A stretch of 40,196 nucleotides of DNA from Candidatus Woesearchaeota archaeon (lineage in GTDB: Archaea > Nanobdellota > Nanobdellia > Woesearchaeales > ARS49), in assembly GCA_038850615.1 (NCBI GenBank), contig JAWCLR010000001.1, positions 93,053 through 133,248 on the forward strand, written 5' to 3'. Below the pieces are notes generated by a model. It did not search any database. It saw only the letters and a program-made list of their open reading frames with translations, and was not told the origin of the DNA. The stretch's first letter is position 1, and each line of letters opens with the position of its first letter. Shown piece after piece: positions 18,775 to 27,429 of the stretch. Both the position numbers and the translations under genes were made by a program.

Positions 18775-18911
18775 CAATTATTATATACCTGTTAGTCAAA
18801 AAGCACTACTTAGGAGTAAATATCCCCCTTGTGCGGTGGTTAAAATCGCAACATTTTAATATCCACCTTGATTTACCCCAGCCCCATAACAACAAAAGGG
18901 GGGAGGTATGC
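18775..18911 (+). promoter_or_regulatory. TATA plus structured ~100-nt 5' leader of the TrmB gene
   Basis: TTATATA ~18781; inner inverted repeat 18835-18867; TCCCCCTTGT 18823-18832 complementary to the SD region 18892-18904. Confidence 0.5.
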
Positions 18912-19715
18912 ATGATTGTCAAAGAAGAATTTTTGAGCAAGCTCCGTCGGTATTTTTCATTGAACCTCTACGAGGTCAAGATTTGGACAGCCTTGCTCTC
19001 ACGGGGGGTCGCGACAGCAGGAGAGCTTTCTGACATTGCCAATGTTCCAAGGTCGCGAAGTTACGACGTTCTCGAGTCCTTGGAGCGCAAGGGTTTTGTC
19101 GTGATGAAGCTCGGCAAGCCCATAAAGTACATCGCAATTCCGCCTCAGGAAGTGCTTGAGCGCGTCAAGAAGAACATGAAGGAAGAGGCTGACGAGCGCG
19201 TCAAGCGCCTTGAGCAACTTAAGTCAACAGATGTCCTGAACGAGCTCAATCTTTTGCATACACAAGGCGTTGAACTTGTGGAACCGGCTGACCTTTCAGG
19301 GTCTTTGCGCGGAAGGCACAACCTTTACTCCCACCTTGAGCTGACAATCAGGAACGCAGAAAAAAGCGTTACAATAATGACCACATCGCAGGGATTCCTC
19401 AGGAAGGTTGAGGGGCTTAAGCCTGTCTTTGAAAAGCTCAAAAAGAAAGGCGTCAAGATACGCATTGCAGCGCCAATTACAAAGGAAACCAAGGACGCTC
19501 TGAAGGAGGTTTCCGAAGTGGCTGAGGTAAGGCACACCGATTCAAAGGCAAGGTTCTGCGTGGTCGACGGCAAAGACTTGGTGTTTATGATCCTGGACGA
19601 CAAGGAAGTCCATCCGACATACGATGTTGGTATATGGGTCAACACGCCGTTCTTCGCCAGTGCGCTGGAGAACCTGTTTGACACAGCCTGGAAATCAATG
19701 AAGCCCGCCAAATAG
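18912..19715 (+). CDS. TrmB-family transcriptional regulator / chromatin protein
   Basis: LNLYEVKIWTALL...ATAGELSDIANVPRSRSYDVLESLERKGFV wHTH, coiled coil, PLD-like C-domain (RFCVVDGK); GGAGG SD. Confidence 0.92.
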   Translation: MIVKEEFLSKLRRYFSLNLYEVKIWTALLSRGVATAGELSDIANVPRSRSYDVLESLERKGFVVMKLGKPIKYIAIPPQEVLERVKKNMKEEADERVKRLEQLKSTDVLNELNLLHTQGVELVEPADLSGSLRGRHNLYSHLELTIRNAEKSVTIMTTSQGFLRKVEGLKPVFEKLKKKGVKIRIAAPITKETKDALKEVSEVAEVRHTDSKARFCVVDGKDLVFMILDDKEVHPTYDVGIWVNTPFFASALENLFDTAWKSMKPAK

Positions 19716-19755
19716 GCGGTGTTTTCTTTCTTCCTTGTAATCTGCCAGGGCACAC

Positions 19756-21288
19756 ATGAACCTAGACAAGCTCGCTCAAAGCTTGCACCCGCTGGAACGA
19801 AAGGTGCTTCCAGTCCTAGAAAAGTACACAACCGTTCCTGTTATATGCAGCGCAACAGGACTTAAGGAAGTTGAAGTAGTCAGGGCTTTGCAATGGCTGG
19901 AGAACAAGAAGGCAGTCAAGGTTGATACTGAAACTTATGATGTTGTTGGCCTTGATGAGAACGGCGAGCTTTACAAAAAGGTGGGCTTGCCAGAAAGAAG
20001 GTTTTTGCAAGCGCTTGGCGATAAGGAGCTTCCGCTTGACAAAATCCAGGCGAAGGCAAAGCTTTCAAGGGATGAATTGAACATCTGCCTTGGACTACTC
20101 AGGAAAAAGGCTTTTATTCACATCTCGCACGACAAGGGGTTCAAAGTAAAGCTCACAGAACAGGGCAGGGCAGCGCTGAAAAAGGAATTTCCTGAAGAGG
20201 CATTCCTGCGCAAGAGTTTTCCTGTCCGCGCTTCAGAGCTCGTGCCAGAGGAAAAGGCAATCCTGCAGGCATTGCGCCACCGCAAGGCAATTGTCCGTGT
20301 TGACCAGCATAAACTGAAAAAAGTCGTATTGCTTCCATTAGGCAAGCAACTTGTCGAGATGGGTGTCAGGGATGAAGATGTAATTGATGCGATAACTCCG
20401 CAAGTAATCCTTTCCGGCGAGTGGAAAAAGAAGCCGATAAGGCGCTACGATGTTGCAGTCAATGTTCCAAGGATTTCAGGAGGAAGGAGGCACTTTGTTT
20501 CTGACGCAATAAATCGCATCAAGAAAATCTGGCGCGATATGGGGTTCAGCGAGATGACAGGCACCATTGTGCAGTCTGCCTTCTGGGACCTTGATGCGCT
20601 GTATGTTCCCCAAGACCATCCCGCAAGGGAAATGCAGGATACCTTCTACCTGAAAAAGCCGAACAGGGCGTTGCTTCCAAGGGAGTTTGTGAATGAGGTA
20701 AAGGCGGTACACGAGTATGGCGGGAAAACAGGAAGCACCGGCTGGCAGCAACCATGGTCAGAAGAAAAGGCAAAGGAGCTTTTGCTCAGGACGCACAGCA
20801 CAGTCCTTAGCGCGCAGGCAATATCACGGCTTGAGGAAAAGGACCTCCCTGCCAAATTCTTCAGCGTTGTCAAAGTATTCAGGAATGAAACCCTTGACTG
20901 GAAGCACTTGTTTGAGTTCTACCAGGTTGAAGGCATTGTTGTTGATCCTGATGCAAACCTCTGCCATTTGCAGGGATACCTCAAGGAGTTTTTCAGGAAG
21001 ATGGGTTTTGAAAAAATCAGGCTCAGGCCGTCCCATTTTCCTTATACGGAGCCTTCAATGGAAGTTGATGTCTGGCATCCTGTAAAAAACGAATGGGTTG
21101 AACTTGGTGGCACAGGAATCTTCCGTCCTGAAGTCGTGCAACCGTTATTCGGAAAGCCAATCCCTGTGCTTGCGTGGGGTCTTGGCATGGAACGCATCAT
21201 TACTGATTATTACAAAATCACAGACCTCCGCGACATTTACAAGAATGACATCCAGCAACTGCGCGAGGCAAAGCTTTGGGTGAAATAA
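19756..21288 (+). CDS. pheS: Phenylalanine--tRNA ligase alpha subunit (archaeal type)
   Basis: PQDHPAREMQDTFY, LLRTH, VFRNE..DWKHLFEFYQVEG, FPYTEPS, WGLGMER. Confidence 0.97.
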   Translation: MNLDKLAQSLHPLERKVLPVLEKYTTVPVICSATGLKEVEVVRALQWLENKKAVKVDTETYDVVGLDENGELYKKVGLPERRFLQALGDKELPLDKIQAKAKLSRDELNICLGLLRKKAFIHISHDKGFKVKLTEQGRAALKKEFPEEAFLRKSFPVRASELVPEEKAILQALRHRKAIVRVDQHKLKKVVLLPLGKQLVEMGVRDEDVIDAITPQVILSGEWKKKPIRRYDVAVNVPRISGGRRHFVSDAINRIKKIWRDMGFSEMTGTIVQSAFWDLDALYVPQDHPAREMQDTFYLKKPNRALLPREFVNEVKAVHEYGGKTGSTGWQQPWSEEKAKELLLRTHSTVLSAQAISRLEEKDLPAKFFSVVKVFRNETLDWKHLFEFYQVEGIVVDPDANLCHLQGYLKEFFRKMGFEKIRLRPSHFPYTEPSMEVDVWHPVKNEWVELGGTGIFRPEVVQPLFGKPIPVLAWGLGMERIITDYYKITDLRDIYKNDIQQLREAKLWVK

Positions 21289-21289
21289 A

Positions 21290-22942
21290 ATGTCGGAAAT
21301 AATTGTAAACAAGCATGAGCTTTTGCGCCTTGTTGGCAAAAAGCTCAGCGACAAGGAGATTGAAGACCGCCTATCAATGATGGGCGCTCCTGTTGATGCC
21401 GTTCTTGAAACAGAGCTTGAGGTAGACATCTCGCCCAACAGGCCTGACTGGCTGAGCGAGCAAGGGCTTGCGCGCTCACTAAGCTCTTTCCTTGGAATAA
21501 AAACCGGTTTAAGGCAGTACAAGGTTGCAAAAGAGCGCTTCCAAGTCGTTGTTGAGAGGGCTGTCAGTGCGGTCAGGCCTTTCACTGCCTGTGCCGTTGT
21601 CAGGGGACTGAAGCTTGACGATGAGAAAATCAAGGAAATAATCCAAGTGCAGGAAAAGCTGCACTCAACTTATTGCCGGAACCGGAAAAAAGCCGCGATC
21701 GGCATTTATCCTCTTGAAAAAATACGGTTCCCAATAACTTATACTGCGAAAAAGCCCCATGAAATAGTTTTCACCCCTCTTGAAAGCACGCGCGTGATGA
21801 ATGCAGCGCAATTGCTTACCCAGCACCCGACAGGCAGGGCGTATGCGCATTTGCTTGAGGGCCAGCCAAAATTTCCTGTGTTTATTGACGCCAAGGGCCA
21901 AGTGCTTAGCGTTCCGCCAATCATCAATTCAGAGGCAACCGGCAAGGTCGAAACCTCAACAAAGGACGTCTTTATTGAGTGCTCTGGCTTTGACTTGAGG
22001 GTTTTGAAAATCCTGCTTAACATAATAGTTACGATGCTTGCGGACATGGGGGGCAGGATTGTCGCTGTTGATGTGAAATACCCCAAAAAAATCACGACAC
22101 CAGACCTTACTCCAAGGAAGATGAAGGTTGACGTTAATGCTATTAGTAGGCTTCTTGGAATTGACTTGAAAGAGGCAGAAGTCAGAAAACTGCTTGAGAG
22201 AATGGGTTACGGTTATATAGCGGGGCAGGCGCTTGTTCCTGCATATCGCGCTGACGTGATGCACCTTGTCGATCTTGCAGAGGATATCGCGATTGCTTAC
22301 GGATACGAAAACTTTAGGCCTGAGATTCCGAAGGTTGCAACAATCGGCTCTGCTGATGACTTTTCTGAATTCCAGGAAACAATTGCAGGATTCCTCGTCG
22401 GACTTGGCATGCTTGAGGCAATGACTTACAACATTACCAATGTCGCCGTCCAGACAAAGGCAATGAATTGCCAGGTTGAGGTGATTGAGCTCGCGAATGC
22501 GCTGACTGTTGATTACAGTGCACTGAGGGCGTGGATGCTTCCTTCCTTGATGGAGGTTTTGAAGGCCAACAAGATGAAGGATTATCCGCAGAAGTTTTAT
22601 TCAATCGGCACTGCATTTTCAAGCGATCCCAAAACGCCGACTCAGGTAAGTGAAATTACAAAGCTTGGGATTGTTTCAGCCCATCCAAGGGCGGACTACA
22701 CCGAAATAAGGCAAGTGGTAGAATATTTGCTTAGGGTTCTCGGCCTTAATGCATCCTTTGAGGAGACAGAGCATCCAAGCTTTATTCCTGGTAGGGTTGC
22801 CCAGGTAAAGGTTGACAAGCAGGCGAGTGCCGTGATGGGCGAAGTGCACCCACAGGTAATTACGAATTTTGCTCTTGAAATGCCTGTCGCTGCGGCAGAG
22901 ATTGACCTGACAGAGTTATTCAATCATTTGAGGAAAGTTTAG
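21290..22942 (+). CDS. pheT: Phenylalanine--tRNA ligase beta subunit
   Basis: PNRPDWLS, QEKLH..RNRKKAAIG, SVPPIINS, YRADVMHLVDLAEDIAIAYGY, GEVHP. Confidence 0.97.
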   Translation: MSEIIVNKHELLRLVGKKLSDKEIEDRLSMMGAPVDAVLETELEVDISPNRPDWLSEQGLARSLSSFLGIKTGLRQYKVAKERFQVVVERAVSAVRPFTACAVVRGLKLDDEKIKEIIQVQEKLHSTYCRNRKKAAIGIYPLEKIRFPITYTAKKPHEIVFTPLESTRVMNAAQLLTQHPTGRAYAHLLEGQPKFPVFIDAKGQVLSVPPIINSEATGKVETSTKDVFIECSGFDLRVLKILLNIIVTMLADMGGRIVAVDVKYPKKITTPDLTPRKMKVDVNAISRLLGIDLKEAEVRKLLERMGYGYIAGQALVPAYRADVMHLVDLAEDIAIAYGYENFRPEIPKVATIGSADDFSEFQETIAGFLVGLGMLEAMTYNITNVAVQTKAMNCQVEVIELANALTVDYSALRAWMLPSLMEVLKANKMKDYPQKFYSIGTAFSSDPKTPTQVSEITKLGIVSAHPRADYTEIRQVVEYLLRVLGLNASFEETEHPSFIPGRVAQVKVDKQASAVMGEVHPQVITNFALEMPVAAAEIDLTELFNHLRKV

Positions 22943-22951
22943 TCCCCCCTC

Positions 22952-23389
22952 TCACGCAAGCTTCTTTTGTGCTGAAGGCGGTGATTTTTTTGTTGGCGCT
23001 TTGGGCGCAGTTTCACCACTCTTTGTAGCCGGCTTCTCCTTAACCGTATTTTTTAGAGGCGCCTTTGGCGCTGTTTCTTTTGCCGGTGGCTTTTGCCCTG
23101 CCAGCTTGCTCTTCCTTGCCTTTCGCGGTCTTGCAGTTTTGGGCTTCGCCTTTGCCGTCCGCACCGAATAACCAAGGCTCCCAAACACCTTTTCGACTTC
23201 TGCATGGCTTGCGCCTTTCTTTATATCGACTGTCTTGTCAAGCGGCTCAAGGTGCATTATGTTGCACTTCCTTCTCCTTGTTTCGCCGTCTATGAGGACA
23301 AAATTGTTATCGATAATTTCAACAACCACACATTTCTTTCCTGCATCTCTTCCTGCTGTTTTCACGCAAATCCTTCCGACATCAATCAT
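22952..23389 (-). CDS. rpl14e: 50S ribosomal protein L14e with Lys/Ala/Pro-rich C-terminal extension
   Basis: GRICVKTAGRDAGKKCVVVEIID.NFVLIDG..RRRKCNIMHLEP; GGAGG SD. Confidence 0.95.
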   Translation of the reverse strand: MIDVGRICVKTAGRDAGKKCVVVEIIDNNFVLIDGETRRRKCNIMHLEPLDKTVDIKKGASHAEVEKVFGSLGYSVRTAKAKPKTARPRKARKSKLAGQKPPAKETAPKAPLKNTVKEKPATKSGETAPKAPTKKSPPSAQKKLA

Positions 23390-23439
23390 TTTTATCCTCC
23401 GCTCTTCTTAATGGGCGCGTTGCCGTTAGCCCGAGAGCT

Positions 23440-23706
23440 TTATTGTCTTGCTTTTTGTATTATCTCGCGGCGCATGCATGCAGAACAAAGCACTCCGCCG
23501 TACGGTCTTTCAGGTCTTTTCTGGCATTTTGGCATTGAATGCAGGGCGCGTGGGTGGACTGCCTTTGCGCCATGGAGCACAGCACCGCAGCCAGAACAGT
23601 GCGGCCTGCCCTTCTTCATTTCCTTGTAATGTACAACGTTCCTTCCGCCAGGAGTCCTCACGTAGACCCTCCTCAACCTTCGCGAACGCCTTTTTCCTTC
23701 AACCAT
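23440..23706 (-). CDS. rpl34e: 50S ribosomal protein L34e
   Basis: RRVYVRTPGG, CSGCG..LHG, KRPERPYGGVLCSAC. Confidence 0.96.
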   Translation of the reverse strand: MVEGKRRSRRLRRVYVRTPGGRNVVHYKEMKKGRPHCSGCGAVLHGAKAVHPRALHSMPKCQKRPERPYGGVLCSACMRREIIQKARQ

Positions 23707-23781
23707 GTGCAAAACTTCCAGAGGGGTCTTTAAAAAGGTTTCGGAGCATATTTATTATGTCCTGCTTGTCTTTGCATTTCT

Positions 23782-24615
23782 ATGCCAGTACTTGTAAGGT
23801 ACGATGAAATCGGGATTAAGGGCAAAAACAGGGCGCGCTTTGAAAATGCGCTTGTGAAAAACATAGAGGCCAAGCTACGCGCTAACAACGTGAAATTTTC
23901 AAAAGCCAAACGCACATTTGGTAGGATATTAATTGATACAGATGATAACTGCGATTGCCTCAAAACAGTCTTTGGAATTTCCTCATTTTCACACGCATTT
24001 GACGCCGGAAAAACCATTGAGGAAACGTTCTCAGCCGTAAAGCAGCATTTTAAGCTGTCAGAAAAAGATTCCTTTAAGATAAATTGCCAGCGGCTTGACA
24101 AGGACTTTCCTATGGATTCAAGGATGGTCTGCGTAAGGCTTGGTGAAATGCTCAGGACTGCCACAAATGCAAAAGTGAAAATGGAAAATCCCTTGCTGGA
24201 AATAAATCTTGAAATCATCAGGGGCAGGATTTACATTCTGTCTAACCGCATCAAGGGTCCTGGAGGAATGCCTGTTGGGTGCCAGGGGACTGCCATTGCC
24301 TTGATTGAAAACAAAGCGTCAGTCGTTGCTGCAGTTATGGTAATGAAGCGTGGTTGCAAAATCATTCCAGTAATGCTTAACAATGTAGATATCAGCCTCT
24401 TGCAAAAATTTTCTTTTGAAAAACTTGCCCCTTTGAAAATAAATTTTCTTAGCGAGCTTGAAGATGTCTGCAAAAGGCATAACGTTGACGCCGTCGTAAT
24501 TAATGATACGTTCGGAAAAACGAGGGAGATAGCAGGAGGCGTGATTGTTCTGCGCCCATTGTCAGGAATGGATGAAAGTGAGATTGAAAATGAAAGGAAA
24601 AAGCTTGCCGGATGA
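23782..24615 (+). CDS. ThiI-like THUMP-domain protein with degenerate, shortened PP-loop domain
   Basis: VRYDEIGIKGKNRARFE, THUMP, GPGGMPVG, MKRGC, RPLSGMD; SGGxDS replaced by IENKAS. Confidence 0.85.
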   Translation: MPVLVRYDEIGIKGKNRARFENALVKNIEAKLRANNVKFSKAKRTFGRILIDTDDNCDCLKTVFGISSFSHAFDAGKTIEETFSAVKQHFKLSEKDSFKINCQRLDKDFPMDSRMVCVRLGEMLRTATNAKVKMENPLLEINLEIIRGRIYILSNRIKGPGGMPVGCQGTAIALIENKASVVAAVMVMKRGCKIIPVMLNNVDISLLQKFSFEKLAPLKINFLSELEDVCKRHNVDAVVINDTFGKTREIAGGVIVLRPLSGMDESEIENERKKLAG

Positions 24616-25468
24616 GAGATTCCTTGTTTCTGTTGAGGAAAAAGTCAGGAAAACAATAGCAAAATACAGCCTTTTTTCGAAAAAAGACAAGATTGCAGTT
24701 GCCGCCAGTGGCGGAAAGGACAGCACAACCCTTCTTTACGTGCTAAAAAAGCTCGGATACAATATTGAAGCAATCACTGTCGACTCCCACATTGGTTGCT
24801 ACACCAAGGAAAACCTTGAAAACCTTCGGGAAATCTGCAAGAAGCTCAATGTCCGGCTTTACGAAATCCCTTTCAGGAACATCTTCGGCGCATCATTGTG
24901 CTATTTGCGAAACAAAATAAAGCAAAGCAGGTCATGCGCCGTGTGCGGCGTCCTGAGGAGATATTTGCTCAACAGGAAGGCAAGGGAATTGAAAGCAAAA
25001 AAACTCGCGCTGGGTCATACTCTAGATGATGAAGCCCAATCAATCGTCATGAACCTGCTCAAAAACAGGCCTGAGCTGAACGCAAGGCTTGGTCCTGCAA
25101 GTAATTCCTTGAATGACGCGCTTTTTGTACCAAGGGTAAAGCCGTTGTATCATGTCAGTGAACAGGAAGTTGTCCGATACTCAAGAATAATGGGCTTTCC
25201 TGTCAAGTACTGCCGTTGCCCCTGTGCTGTTGATGGCTTCAGGTTTGTAGTAAGGGATTTTCTTGATACGCAGGAAAGGAAAAGTCCAGGAATCAAGGAA
25301 AACATCGTGAAAATATTCCTGAGAAACCGCGGCAATAAAAAAATAGCCCAGCGCACTTCTTTCTGCAGGAACTGTGGAGAGGTGTCAAACAGGGGGTTCT
25401 GCAGAACCTGCGAATTACTTGCTTTGGCCGGAAAGCCTTTGAAGGCCGGCAAGCTCAGCTCTTGTTAA
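24590..25468 (+). CDS. TtuA/Ncs6-family tRNA 2-thiolation protein
   Basis: SGGKDS, CAVCGVLRR, GHTLDDE, PRVKPL, CPC, C-terminal CxxC...CxxC. Start uncertain; N-terminal Zn finger not evident. Confidence 0.9.
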   Translation: MKGKSLPDERFLVSVEEKVRKTIAKYSLFSKKDKIAVAASGGKDSTTLLYVLKKLGYNIEAITVDSHIGCYTKENLENLREICKKLNVRLYEIPFRNIFGASLCYLRNKIKQSRSCAVCGVLRRYLLNRKARELKAKKLALGHTLDDEAQSIVMNLLKNRPELNARLGPASNSLNDALFVPRVKPLYHVSEQEVVRYSRIMGFPVKYCRCPCAVDGFRFVVRDFLDTQERKSPGIKENIVKIFLRNRGNKKIAQRTSFCRNCGEVSNRGFCRTCELLALAGKPLKAGKLSSC

Positions 25469-26125
25469 TTCCCTGCACGCGCCTGGTGGCAAATCATCAA
25501 GCGCAATGTTTGCAATCCGAGTTCTTTTCAGCCTTGCGACGGTGTATCCAAGCTTCCGGAACAACTGCTTTACTATGTGCTTCCTTCCTTCGTGTAATGC
25601 AATCTCAACGTGTGAAGGGGTGTGCACGATAACCTTGTCAAGCACCACAAGCCTTCCCCCGACCCGGACTCCCTTTTTCAGCCTGCGGACATCCTGCCTA
25701 TCAATTTCCCCCGTCAGCGTAACGTGGTATGTCTTTTCTGTCTTGTACCGCGGATGCATAAGCCTGTTTGCGAGCGTACCATCATTTGTCATTAAGACAA
25801 GCCCTTCTGCATCGCGATCAAGCCTTCCGACAGGATAAACTCTTGCGCCAGCAGGCACGAAATGCATAACAGTGAGCCTATTTTGCGGGTCGCTGACAGT
25901 GCTCACAACACCTCTTGGCTTGTTTAGGACATAATATTTTTTGGCTTCCTGCCTTGGGATACGTGAGCCGTCAACGCGGATGTCATCAACTGAAGCGTCT
26001 GCCTTATCGCCAAGCCGTATCGTTACGCCGTTCACGCTCACCCTACCCGCGGCTATCAGCTCCTCGCATTTTCTCCGGGAAGCGATTCCCGCCCTTGCAA
26101 GGATTTTTTGAACTCGCTCCTGCAT
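25415..26125 (-). CDS. RsuA/RluB-family rRNA pseudouridine synthase (bacterial type, S4 domain)
   Basis: ERVQKILARAGIASRRKCE S4, LNKPRG, YPVGRLD catalytic motif, LMTNDG, EGRKHIVK. Confidence 0.95.
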   Translation of the reverse strand: MQERVQKILARAGIASRRKCEELIAAGRVSVNGVTIRLGDKADASVDDIRVDGSRIPRQEAKKYYVLNKPRGVVSTVSDPQNRLTVMHFVPAGARVYPVGRLDRDAEGLVLMTNDGTLANRLMHPRYKTEKTYHVTLTGEIDRQDVRRLKKGVRVGGRLVVLDKVIVHTPSHVEIALHEGRKHIVKQLFRKLGYTVARLKRTRIANIALDDLPPGACRELTRAELAGLQRLSGQSK

Positions 26126-26140
26126 GCCTGACCGAGTGAG

Positions 26141-26162
26141 GCATAATCTTTAAATAACTATC
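26141..26162. promoter_or_regulatory. Shared TATA (TTTAAATA) between divergent pseudouridine synthase and Rpp30 genes
   Basis: Box ~23-24 nt from both ATG 26125 (-) and ATG 26179 (+). Confidence 0.5.
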
Positions 26163-26178
26163 TTCAGTCATGCGGTTC

Positions 26179-26772
26179 ATGATTGACATTGTTTTTCCTG
26201 AAAAAAACGAGAAGGAATTCTTTGCAGTAGCCCAAAAGATTGGCTATACGGGGCTTGTGCTGGTATATCCTTCAGTTGATGCCGCAAGAAACGCGCCAAA
26301 GCCACCAACAGGATTGAAAGTAAGAACTGCCTTGCTTGCAGATCCGAAAAGGGCGCACCACCTTCGTAGCAAGGGGTTTATGGTTTTTGTCAAGTGCTCT
26401 GACCAGGACAGGGTGGTTCTTGAACGCGGCTCTGCAGATGTCATCTTCAGCGCTGAAAGCACTCAGCCCAAGGATTACACCCATCAGCGGGGCTCTGGGC
26501 TGAACCATGTGCTTTGCGACCTTGCCAAAAAAAACAAGGTCGCAATCGGATTCAGCTTTTCAGACATCCTTGCATCAAGAGACAGCCAGAGGGTCCAGCT
26601 TATTGGCAGGATGATGCAAAACATAATGCTTTGTAGGAAGTACAAGGTACGGATGGTCATTGGCTCTTTTGCAAAAGACCCGTGGAAGATGCGTTCGCCA
26701 CACGACCTTAAGTCCTTCTTTATCGTACTTGGAATGCATCCAGAAGAAGCGGCATCTGCACTTAGCCTTTGA
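26179..26772 (+). CDS. rnp3: RNase P protein component 3 (Rpp30)
   Basis: SGLNHVLCDLAKKNKVAIGFSF, NIMLCRKYKV, SFAKDPWKMRSPHDL. Start 26179 (alternative 26170). Confidence 0.9.
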   Translation: MIDIVFPEKNEKEFFAVAQKIGYTGLVLVYPSVDAARNAPKPPTGLKVRTALLADPKRAHHLRSKGFMVFVKCSDQDRVVLERGSADVIFSAESTQPKDYTHQRGSGLNHVLCDLAKKNKVAIGFSFSDILASRDSQRVQLIGRMMQNIMLCRKYKVRMVIGSFAKDPWKMRSPHDLKSFFIVLGMHPEEAASALSL

Positions 26773-27328
26773 GGATGGCTATGCATTCCTCCCTGAGAAC
26801 TTCATTGCTGATTTTCCTGCAGTTGCGCTTGTCTTCGCTTTCAAGTGCGATTGTGTAAACCGCGAGCTGTTTGCAGTCCTCTTCCATCCTTAAGCCGGCA
26901 TACCCTGTATTTCCTACCAGTGTTTCCTCGCACGCAAACCGCTTCAAGTTCATTTTCTTGCACGCCTGTAGGTCTCCAAGCACCGCCTTGCATAACAAAT
27001 CATCTGCAGGGCACTGAGTCCTGTCATCAGTAGCAAGAGCGAGGCAGGACTGCTTAATGTCCGGCTCTACGGAATCGCAGACCCTTGTATCTTTGCTGAT
27101 GTGCGCCATGCATAACTTCATCATGACCACTGTCTGCTGGCCGCAAAGTGTGGTGTCATTTGACTTTGTTGCCTCCACGAACCTTACAAAGCTGCTGCTT
27201 TCCTGTATGCACGCATTGACGAATGACTGCATTTCCACCTCAGAAATACCAGCTGGCTGGAGGTAATACCATGCAAGCCCTCCTGCCGCTGCAAGCATAA
27301 CGACAAGGATTATTGCGGTTCCTTTCAT
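26762..27328 (-). CDS. Membrane-anchored or secreted Cys-rich helical-repeat protein
   Basis: N-terminal hydrophobic segment; repeated C...A....D...C units. Confidence 0.75.
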   Translation of the reverse strand: MKGTAIILVVMLAAAGGLAWYYLQPAGISEVEMQSFVNACIQESSSFVRFVEATKSNDTTLCGQQTVVMMKLCMAHISKDTRVCDSVEPDIKQSCLALATDDRTQCPADDLLCKAVLGDLQACKKMNLKRFACEETLVGNTGYAGLRMEEDCKQLAVYTIALESEDKRNCRKISNEVLREECIAILKG

Positions 27329-27429
27329 AACAGTTGCGAAAAAGGCTTGTTATATTTATCTTTCGGTAATATTAATGAGATAAGCTTTTTAAACCAAGAG
27401 TGCCAAATCGTTTAAAAAGAGGCGGTTGT

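Noticed and set aside
18744-18911. N-terminal extension of TrmB, or a tRNA in this gap
   Set aside because: Strong SD before ATG 18912; no cloverleaf or T-loop (GTTCRA) motif seen.
24545-24589. CAHC as the N-terminal Zn finger of TtuA
   Set aside because: It lies inside the ThiI coding region, depends on a TTG start, and lacks the second ligand pair; probably chance.
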